A DNA stretch of 27,075 nt from Chitinophagaceae bacterium (GTDB lineage: Bacteria; Bacteroidota; Bacteroidia; Chitinophagales; Chitinophagaceae). The stretch covers positions 1 to 27,075 of the forward strand of contig JAYVBS010000213.1 of NCBI GenBank assembly GCA_043750315.1, written 5' to 3'. Each line of letters opens with the position of its first letter. The stretch's first letter is position 1. This document shows positions 8,395-15,808 of this stretch, in pieces. A program made the translations under genes and the position numbers. The notes under the pieces were generated by a model. The model was given only the letters and a program-made list of their open reading frames with translations. It did not search any database and was not told where the DNA came from.

Positions 8395-9459
8395 TTAATT
8401 GTTTTGCATTTGAAGTAAAACCATTTCACTAGAAAAACCAGGACCCATAGACACCATTAATCCGTATCCGTTTTCAAAACCCTGAGTAAAAAATCGTTCC
8501 AACACATACAATACAGTTGGGCTACTCATGTTGCCATTATCGTTCATTACCTCTCTAGTGTTTTTCAGAAAATCTCCTTCTACATTTAACGTTTCATCAT
8601 AAGCTGTTAATATTTTTTTTCCTCCTGGATGAAAAATAAAATTCTTTATATCTGAAATCTTCAATCTATGTTCCCACAAAAATCAAGAAACATCATTGTA
8701 AATATTTTTTGAAATGATGGTTGGAATATCTTGCGAAAACAAAACTTTAAATCCTTTATCCATAAATTCCCATCCCATCACATCTTCGGTATGGTAATAC
8801 AATTTGCTTTGTGTACTGAGAAATTTAATTTCACTTTTTGTTTTGTTCTTTTGGTTGTCTCCTGTAATAATCAATGCTGCAACTCCATCTGCAAATAAGC
8901 TTGATCCAATGAAATTACTTTTACTAAAATCATTTCGTAAATAAGTAAGAGAACACAATTCCACTGCTACAAGCAACACAACAGCTTCTGGATTTACTTT
9001 TGCCAATATGCTGGCTTTTGCAAAACCTGCAACTCCACCTGCACAACCCAAACCAAAAATAGGAGTGCGACTGATGTTGACATTTAGTTTCATTTTATTT
9101 ATGATGAGAGCATCCAAACTAGGTGTTGCAAGTCCAGTTGTTGAAATAAAAATAATATCGGTAATTTCTTCTTTTTTTATTCCAGCTGCTGCAATGCAGA
9201 TCTCAATTGCTTTTACAGAATATTCGAGAGAGATGCGAATGTACTCTTCGTTCTGTTCTTGAAAACTGTGTGTAGAAGCATAGTAATCAAGCGGCTTACA
9301 GAGGTTTCTTATTTTTATTTCTGTATTGTCAAAAGCACTCATCATTCTTTCTACTTGGGGAAATGAGGGGGCAAATAATTTCTGTGCAAATTGTTTCACT
9401 TTCCCTTGCTCAACACGAAATGGAAAATCAATTTTTGATATTGCTGCTAATGATGGCAC
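8395..9459 (-). pseudogene. Type III polyketide synthase (BpsA/SrsA-like), interrupted by one in-frame TGA at 8683-8685
   Basis: Track ORFs 8683-9459 and 8395-8679 are in one frame (DVS*FLWEHRL). Together they give 354 codons with catalytic Cys (GLGCAGG), His (FHPGG) and Asn (GNMSS), plus VELCS and MGPGFSSE. Confidence 0.9.
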
Positions 9460-9773
9460 TTTAAAATAGTTTTATGATTAAAATAAAATTAAAACTATTA
9501 TTATGTATTTTGGAATTGTTATATAAACATTTTATTGAATTGTATTATTCACACATCAAGTTGAAGGCAAACAAAATAATTAACTTGAAACTTATTTCAA
9601 ATATTTTTTTTGAAATCAAACAACAGAGCAAGAGAATGAAATGTTTTTTTGACTGATTTTTATCTGTCATATGGTAGCATATAAAAATCAATGACCATAT
9701 AACTTAAACTGTTTTGAATTATAGCAGTTCTGACTAGAATAAGTGAAGAGAATTTTAGTAAATTTTAGTTCAC

Positions 9774-9795
9774 AAAAAAAGTACGACTACTTTTG
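9774..9795 (-). terminator. Putative intrinsic terminator closing repeat copy A
   Basis: Minus strand reads AAAAGTA-GTCG-TACTTTT followed by more T. The stem is AT-rich, so only moderately stable. Confidence 0.5.
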
Positions 9796-9796
9796 C

Positions 9797-9955
9797 TTGA
9801 ATGATTTAGTGACCGCGTAAGTGTTTAGTAAAACACCTTTAATTATCTGTAAACCAATATTTTATTGCAATTTTAAAAGCTCTTTCATTTTCTTTTGCGA
9901 AGTACTTTCACTTGGCTTTGTTGTTCGTCGAATTGCTATAAAACAAAAGTAATAT
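9797..9955 (-). repeat. Direct repeat copy A (~159 bp), candidate small RNA gene
   Basis: Hand alignment with 26241-26397 gives about 125 of 151 identical positions, including tttagtgaccgcgt and a 25-bp exact block aatattttattgcaattttaaaagc. Confidence 0.9.
9944..9951 (-). promoter_or_regulatory. Putative -7 promoter element TACTTTTG at the 5' end of repeat A
   Basis: Exact TAnnTTTG match, identical in copy B. No clear -33 TTTG seen. Confidence 0.55.
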
Positions 9956-10225
9956 CTATTTCTCCAGCATATTTTTCATATATTTTTCCCATAAGAACAT
10001 AGATATTCTGCTTTTATTAATTCTCATGTTGTAGCTAATATATATATACTCTTCAAGGCTCTCCAATACTTTCCTTTCAATTATAAATATACTGTTCTAT
10101 CCATTACTATCATTAGCATGTTTCTTTATGATTATTTTCAAAACATTCAAACCAAACTTGCCTTTACAAATATTGAAATTCTTATTTTTTATAATTGAGA
10201 AAATTTACATGTCCTATCCAATTTT

Positions 10226-10986
10226 TTAAATTGATTTTTTCTTTTTATAACTAACAAAAAATAATAAAAATCCACTTAAAACTGTTATTAATCCAAAAAT
10301 ATAAAATGAAAGTAATAATAAATTTACAAAATGATCTCTTCCTTCATAATCCATGGTGTGCATCATCCATAAAAAATCAAAAACACGCCACTTATTGTTT
10401 CTAAATTTTTGAACTGTTCCTAATTTAGTAGATACATACACTGTAGTTTTAGTAGGATGATCAAATGTTACTGCATATGCAGGCAATGGATTCTTTCTAT
10501 GCTCATGATGATTATTGGTTTGATTCAGCAATTCAACTGAAATCAATTTCGTTTCGCCATTAAACCTATTTTTTGCAATGGCTACAGCCTCAACTTGAGT
10601 TAATGGAGTTCTAAGATTTCCATTATAAGCGTTTGCAAGATGAATACTCATATGTCTTGAAGCATGATTTTCCATTTGCTCTTTCATAGTACTCAAACAT
10701 TGAACTTGATAAAATGGTTCTCCAAAATATCTATTAATTGTATAGTGACAACAGAATCAATAGGGTGTGTTTTTTTAATTGAATCTATAACTTGAGATGG
10801 TGAGACCAATGTCATGTTTGATGAAAATAATGGTACACTTTTTTTCTCAAAATCACCATGTATTTCATCCATATTACTCCAACTAAAGTAGAGTCCACCC
10901 AGTGTCCATAAAAGAAATTGAAGACCTAATAAAACAACTAACCACCTATGTGTTTTACTTATATAATAGAGCTTGCTTTTTGCCAT
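10226..10986 (-). pseudogene. PepSY domain / PepSY-associated TM helix protein, split by a single frameshift near 10715-10725
   Basis: N-terminal part THRWLVVLLGLQFLLWTLGGLYFSW; C-terminal part LPAYAVTFDHP..TVYVS and WRVFDFLWMMHTMDY. Adding 1 nt joins them as ..IL-x-x-PFYQVQCLSTMKEQ.. (~253 aa). Confidence 0.8.
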
Positions 10987-11032
10987 GCAATTTGTTTGAA
11001 ATTTGAATGAACAATTAAACCGTTATTATAAA

Positions 11033-11605
11033 TTAAAGTTCAATTGGAAATTCAATTTTTAATTTTTCCCATGCTACAGCCATTATTATTTTTTGATTGC
11101 TTTTCTTTTCTAAAAAATACTGTAATCTTTCAGTATGGTCTATAGTAATTGGTTTTACTTGCATTCTTACAACATCTTCTTTTTCGTCGTATTCAGTAGC
11201 TAAATGTTGATGCCAATTTTTATTTATTATGATGGTCCATTCTTTTTCGCCTGGAATAGTAAAAAATGCATATTTGCCCGCTTGAATATTTTTGCCTGCA
11301 ATTGTAAATGGCGTTCCAATTTCTAAAGTTGTTGCATCATGAGCACCAGTAACCCAAACTTCGTCTAATGGAACAAGGCCTCCCCAAATGATTCTTTTTC
11401 TTACACCAGGAGAATGATATTTTATCTTGATACTATCTTCACCCATCACTAAAAAAGCAGTTGATTTGATACTTTTTTTACTGGTATCTTTTACTAAGTT
11501 TGGATTATAACAAACTTCTTCAGAAGCTTTTTGTTGGGCATAAATAGAAGACGAGGCTGTAAAAAATACTAATAAAAGAATAGATAAAATTTTGATTTTT
11601 TTCAT
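11033..11605 (-). CDS. DUF2911 domain-containing exported protein
   Basis: Signal peptide MKKIKILSILLLVFF..YAQ; motifs IKYHSPGVRKRIIWGGLVP, VWVTGAHDATT and GKYAFFTIPGEKEWTIIINK. Likely start 11605. Confidence 0.85.
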   Translation of the reverse strand: MKKIKILSILLLVFFTASSSIYAQQKASEEVCYNPNLVKDTSKKSIKSTAFLVMGEDSIKIKYHSPGVRKRIIWGGLVPLDEVWVTGAHDATTLEIGTPFTIAGKNIQAGKYAFFTIPGEKEWTIIINKNWHQHLATEYDEKEDVVRMQVKPITIDHTERLQYFLEKKSNQKIIMAVAWEKLKIEFPIEL

Positions 11606-11621
11606 ATTTAAAAACTTTTTT

Positions 11622-12272
11622 TTAATTTTTATATGCACTAATTATTTGTACTTCACCAAACATAGTATAATAGCATCTTTTAATAGAAACATTTTCAAAA
11701 CCAGCATATACGATTAACTCGGGAAGCAATCCTTTTGCGTTAGCATTAGTAGATTTATATCCATCTAATCCTCTAATCAAGTTGAATAACAATCTTTGTA
11801 GCCATGATTTTGAACGTCCAAAATCTGCAATGTGTAATTCTCCATTTCTATTTAGAAGCCTGTAAAGCTCTTTAAATGCTGCTATTTTAGAGTTTGTATC
11901 CAGATGGTGAAAGACTAATGAAGAAACAACTCTGTCAAATGATTCATTTGTAAATGGTATTTTATCTCCTGAATAATCAAAGAGTCTAATATCAACTTTC
12001 ATCTCTTCAATTTTACGAATTGCTTTGTTCAAGATTTCTTTATCAACATCAAGTCCTATTACACTTGCTTCTGGATGAATTTTCTTTATCAAAATAGATA
12101 ATGTAGCAGTTCCACATCCAAAATCTAAAATTTTGTGACCCTCTAAAATTCCACAAGACTCAATAAGAGATTCTTTGAATTTCTTTTCTGGCATTGTTAA
12201 GTTTATTAAGAAATCGTAAAAAGGAGTCAGCCACTTAAACCTTAATGCTGGAATATATTTTGTTGTACTCAC
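11622..12272 (-). CDS. Class I SAM-dependent methyltransferase (UbiE-like fold)
   Basis: SAM-binding motif ILDFGCGTAT, GLDVD and FDRVVSSLVFHHL. Confidence 0.9.
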   Translation of the reverse strand: MSTTKYIPALRFKWLTPFYDFLINLTMPEKKFKESLIESCGILEGHKILDFGCGTATLSILIKKIHPEASVIGLDVDKEILNKAIRKIEEMKVDIRLFDYSGDKIPFTNESFDRVVSSLVFHHLDTNSKIAAFKELYRLLNRNGELHIADFGRSKSWLQRLLFNLIRGLDGYKSTNANAKGLLPELIVYAGFENVSIKRCYYTMFGEVQIISAYKN

Positions 12273-12392
12273 TATTAATAATTTTCAGTTTTGTTGATGA
12301 ATACCAATATTAAATCTAAGATTTTTTTTGTAAAAAATACGTTAGTGAATCATTCCAATTCACAATAACTTATTATGCTAGATTTATAATTA

Positions 12393-14468
12393 TTATTTAC
12401 TTGTTTTATTGCCAATTTTATTTTTCAATAATTGTGCATTGATGGCAACAATAATTGTACTTAAACTCATAAATACAGCACCTACTGCTGGCCCTAATAC
12501 AAACCCTTTACTGTATAACACACCAGCTGCTAATGGAATTGCAATTGCATTGTAACCAGTGGCCCAAACCAAATTCTGAACCATCTTTTTATAAGTGGCT
12601 TTGCCAAAAAGAATTAAGTTGGATATATCCTTTGGATTACTATTCACCAAAATAATATCTGCAGTTTCTGCAGCTATATCTGTACCTGAACCAACAGCAA
12701 TTCCAATATTTGCTTGTGCTAAAGCTGGTGCATCGTTTACTCCATCACCAGTCATAGCAATAAATTCACCTTTGCTTTGTAATTCTTTTACAATCTCAAC
12801 TTTTTGATGTGGCAAAACTTCAGAGTAATAACCATCAAGTCCCAATTCATCAGAAACAGCTTTTGCAACTATTTCATTATCGCCAGTTGCCATCATTACT
12901 TTAATTCCATTCTTTTTAAAAATCTTGATTGCTTCTTTACTTTCTGGACGAATTGCATCAGCTAAAGCAATGTAACCTGTAACATTATCATTCACTAAAA
13001 CAAAAACCACAGTTTCTGCTTTGCTGGAAAATGCTCCTTCTGGCACAACAAGGTTTTTATCTTTTAAATATCCAGGACTTACTACTTTAACTGTTTTTCC
13101 TTCTACAGTTGCTTCAACACCCTTACCAGTTATGGAGTTAAAATTTTCTAGGTTTGGAATAAGTACTTTAAGTTCTTTTACTTTATTGATTATACCTATT
13201 GCTATTGGATGTTCTGATGACTGCTCTAAGGCACTGGCTAATCTTAAAACTTCATCTTTAGATATTTCTTGATCAATACTTTCAAAACGTGTAACACCAA
13301 AAATGCCTGTAGTTAATGTTCCAGTTTTATCAAATAATAATGTTGTAATTTTTCTGGATTCTTCAAAAGCAGTTCTGTTTCTAATTAGCAAACCATTTTG
13401 AGCTGATACTGCAGTTGAAATAGCAACTACTAAAGGAATGGCAAGTCCTAATGCATGTGGACAAGCAATGACCATTACAGTAACCATTCTTTCTAATGCA
13501 AAAACAAATGTATAACCTGCTATTAACCATGTAGCTAAAGTGATAAAACCAACTGATAAAGCAATATAGGTAAGCCATTTAGCAGCCTTATCACTAAAAT
13601 TTTGCATTTTTGATTTTGATTTCTGAGCTTCTTCAACCAAACCGATTACCTTATTGAGGTAACTGTCTTTACCAGTATGTTCAACGCTCATTTTTAATAC
13701 ACCACTTCCATTAATAGAACCTCCAATAACTTTATTTTCTTTTTCTTTTTTTACAGGTTTCGACTCACCAGTAAGCATTGATTCATTTAAATAACTACTA
13801 CCCTCTATTATAATTCCATCAGCAGGAACTTTTTCACCTGGTTTAATCATAATGATATCATTTATATGGAGCAATTCAAGTTTAACATCTTCAATTTGTC
13901 CATCTTGTTTTACTCTATGTGCTTCTGCTGGCATCATGCTCACCAGCAGTTGCAGGGCTTTTGAAGCACCTAATACCGATTTCATTTCTATCCAATGACC
14001 CAATAGCATAATAACAATCAATGTTGCAAGCTCCCAATAAAAATCCATTCCTTTTAAACCAAAAACTGTTGCAGTACTATAAAAATAAGCAACAGAAATA
14101 GCCATGGCTATTAGGGTCATCATGCCTGGACCTTTCTGTTTTATTTCGGAATAAAAGCCTTTTATAAAAGGCCAGCCTCCCCAAAAATAAATAATGGAAG
14201 AAAGTGCCATCAATACATATTTATTGCCAGGAACCGACAAACTATAATTAAAAAATTGTTGTATCATGGGCGATAACACCAATACAGGAATAGTAAGAAT
14301 TAAGCTTATCCAAAACCGTTTTTTAAAATCTTCAATCATCATTTTATGATGGTCGTGACCAGCCATACCCATAGGTATACTACCATGATCCATTTTACTG
14401 TGATCCATTTTGGAATGGTCCATTTTAGAATGGTCCATTTTGGATTGATCAATAATTTTTTCTTTCAT
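12393..14468 (-). CDS. copB: Copper-exporting P1B-3 type ATPase (CopB-like)
   Basis: Transmembrane CPH motif (IACPHALGL), DKTGT, TGES, SEHPIA, TGDGVNDAPAL, YN and MSLS; His-rich N-terminus with no CxxC. Confidence 0.95.
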   Translation of the reverse strand: MKEKIIDQSKMDHSKMDHSKMDHSKMDHGSIPMGMAGHDHHKMMIEDFKKRFWISLILTIPVLVLSPMIQQFFNYSLSVPGNKYVLMALSSIIYFWGGWPFIKGFYSEIKQKGPGMMTLIAMAISVAYFYSTATVFGLKGMDFYWELATLIVIMLLGHWIEMKSVLGASKALQLLVSMMPAEAHRVKQDGQIEDVKLELLHINDIIMIKPGEKVPADGIIIEGSSYLNESMLTGESKPVKKEKENKVIGGSINGSGVLKMSVEHTGKDSYLNKVIGLVEEAQKSKSKMQNFSDKAAKWLTYIALSVGFITLATWLIAGYTFVFALERMVTVMVIACPHALGLAIPLVVAISTAVSAQNGLLIRNRTAFEESRKITTLLFDKTGTLTTGIFGVTRFESIDQEISKDEVLRLASALEQSSEHPIAIGIINKVKELKVLIPNLENFNSITGKGVEATVEGKTVKVVSPGYLKDKNLVVPEGAFSSKAETVVFVLVNDNVTGYIALADAIRPESKEAIKIFKKNGIKVMMATGDNEIVAKAVSDELGLDGYYSEVLPHQKVEIVKELQSKGEFIAMTGDGVNDAPALAQANIGIAVGSGTDIAAETADIILVNSNPKDISNLILFGKATYKKMVQNLVWATGYNAIAIPLAAGVLYSKGFVLGPAVGAVFMSLSTIIVAINAQLLKNKIGNKTSK
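14385..14450 (-). repeat. 15-bp tandem repeat (4 units plus a partial) encoding (DHSKM)n in the CopB N-terminus
   Basis: Plus-strand units atgatccattttact / gtgatccattttgga / atggtccattttaga / atggtccattttgga. Confidence 0.9.
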
Positions 14469-14493
14469 GATTAAAGTAGTTTTAAAATATTGA

Positions 14494-14616
14494 TTATTTA
14501 TTTTTCTTCCATGATTTTAAATAGAAACCAACGATTAGTACTAAAATAATTATTGTAAAAAACAACCAACTCGTATTCATATTCCATAAATTGTTTCCAT
14601 AGTTATTGTGCATCAT
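14494..14616 (-). CDS. Small single-pass membrane peptide (40 aa) MMHNNYGNNLWNMNTSWLFFTIIILVLIVGFYLKSWKKNK
   Basis: Below the track cutoff. Fills the gap between the Met-rich lipoprotein and copB, same strand, 25 nt before copB. One hydrophobic helix followed by a basic tail. Confidence 0.7.
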   Translation of the reverse strand: MMHNNYGNNLWNMNTSWLFFTIIILVLIVGFYLKSWKKNK

Positions 14617-14649
14617 AATGTAAAATTTTAAAGTGATAAAAATTATTAT

Positions 14650-15099
14650 TTAATGATGTCCTTTATTATCCATACCCTCCATCTTATTCATATCTTTCTT
14701 TTCTCCTTTCATCTTATGCATCATGTCCATCATTTCCTTATTTCCCATCATAGTTTTACACATGTTAGACATCATTGAAGTGTCACCTTTTGCAGTTTCC
14801 ATCATAGCTGCCATCATGGGTTGCATCATAGTGGGATTATCTTTCATCATTTTCATCATACTAAAATTATCTCCCATCATCATTAATTGATGTTGCTGCA
14901 TCATCATTTTACCATTTTGACTATTCATCATTGCACCCATCATTTCTTTAGCCATTGTACTATCATTTGCTATTTGGTTCATCATTTCCATTCTTGTTTC
15001 CTGTTTGGAAAGTGTTTGGTTTACTCCTGTATTTGATTGGCAGGAAGCGAACAAAAAAACTAAAGACAGTGCCACTAGGGTTTTTTGTATTTTTTTCAT
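14650..15099 (-). CDS. Methionine-rich lipoprotein (38 Met in 149 aa)
   Basis: Lipoprotein signal ending LFAS-C; repeated MM/MMM units; C-terminal GHH. Confidence 0.85.
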   Translation of the reverse strand: MKKIQKTLVALSLVFLFASCQSNTGVNQTLSKQETRMEMMNQIANDSTMAKEMMGAMMNSQNGKMMMQQHQLMMMGDNFSMMKMMKDNPTMMQPMMAAMMETAKGDTSMMSNMCKTMMGNKEMMDMMHKMKGEKKDMNKMEGMDNKGHH

Positions 15100-15116
15100 T
15101 ATTACTATTTTTTAAT

Positions 15117-15147
15117 TGTGAATGAAATTTCACATAACAAAGGTGAA
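15117..15147 (-). promoter_or_regulatory. Possible promoter variant (TTCACCTTTG, 15138-15147) with adjacent inverted repeat TGTGAA-N6-TTCACA (15117-15134), upstream of the Met-rich lipoprotein/copB genes
   Basis: The inverted repeat is seen directly. CACCTTTG deviates from TAnnTTTG at one position; the same 10-mer occurs at 2953-2962 upstream of the His-rich gene. Confidence 0.3.
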
Positions 15148-15314
15148 AAACCAAAGATTGTCATGTGTTTCAAAACATTTGAAATTTTTTATAGCATTAA
15201 CACATTTTAAGGCGAATTAAATATTTTTTTAAAATTATTTACAGCAACCTTTTTTACGAATAAAAATTACTTTGAAAATTTTAATTAATATGAGTTTGAT
15301 TTTATTCATTTCAA

Positions 15315-15797
15315 CTAATTCCTTACTGAAAGTATGTTTGCTGTTTTGAAAGTCCAATTCAATATCAAAACTTTTTCTACTTCAGAAAGCTTTGACTCGC
15401 CATGTAATAATGTATAAGAAGTTAATGGCATGTCTCCATCTTTCACTTGAGATGCAATGGATTTCAATTTGCTTAATTGTCTTCTTCTTGAGTAGCTTCC
15501 AAACTCATCAAAATTCAACTCTGCCTTTCCATTAACAATATGTTTATTAAGAAACCATGCAAAGGGTTGAACGTAGCTATACCAAGGATAATTTGTATTG
15601 TTGCTGTGGCAATCGAAACAGGATGTTTTTAAAATTGTCAATATAGAATCCTCCATAGGATATATTTGCTCAATTTTATTATTGGTTATGGCAAGTGAAA
15701 TATTCTTTTTTGGTTGAGGAATTAACTGAAGTAATCCCAATATCAGAAGTAATATTAATCCTGCTTTTTTCCACTTTGATTTTGTTAAATATTTCAT
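15315..15797 (-). CDS. Heme-binding domain protein (Haem_bd-like c-type cytochrome)
   Basis: CxxCH motif (SCFDCHSNNTNYPWYS), ELNF and distal DMP motif; N-terminal membrane anchor. Confidence 0.87.
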   Translation of the reverse strand: MKYLTKSKWKKAGLILLLILGLLQLIPQPKKNISLAITNNKIEQIYPMEDSILTILKTSCFDCHSNNTNYPWYSYVQPFAWFLNKHIVNGKAELNFDEFGSYSRRRQLSKLKSIASQVKDGDMPLTSYTLLHGESKLSEVEKVLILNWTFKTANILSVRN

Positions 15798-15808
15798 CTT
15801 TTTAAATC

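Noticed and set aside
8683-8685. Alternative genetic code (UGA=Trp/Gly) or selenocysteine at the PKS TGA
   Set aside because: About 20 kb of other coding sequence translates without internal TGA and uses TGG for Trp. The site is not the catalytic Cys, and no SECIS-like hairpin was evident.
9474-9656. 60-aa plus-strand ORF upstream of the PKS
   Set aside because: Composition (I/L/K/F) is what AT-rich intergenic DNA gives by chance; no motif.
9654-9691. Inverted repeat TGATTTTTAT / ATAAAAATCA upstream of the PKS
   Set aside because: Almost all A/T with no U-tract or linked feature; too likely by chance to call.
9797-9955. Repeat interpreted as IS/MITE end, integron attC, dif site or CRISPR repeat
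   Set aside because: No terminal inverted repeats or target duplication seen, no proper RYYYAAC/GTTRRRY pairing, no dif-like palindrome, only two long copies 16 kb apart, and no transposase, integrase or cas gene in the window.
15117-15134. CRP/FNR box
   Set aside because: The TGTGA and TCACA half-sites are 8 nt apart rather than the canonical 6; kept only as a generic inverted repeat.
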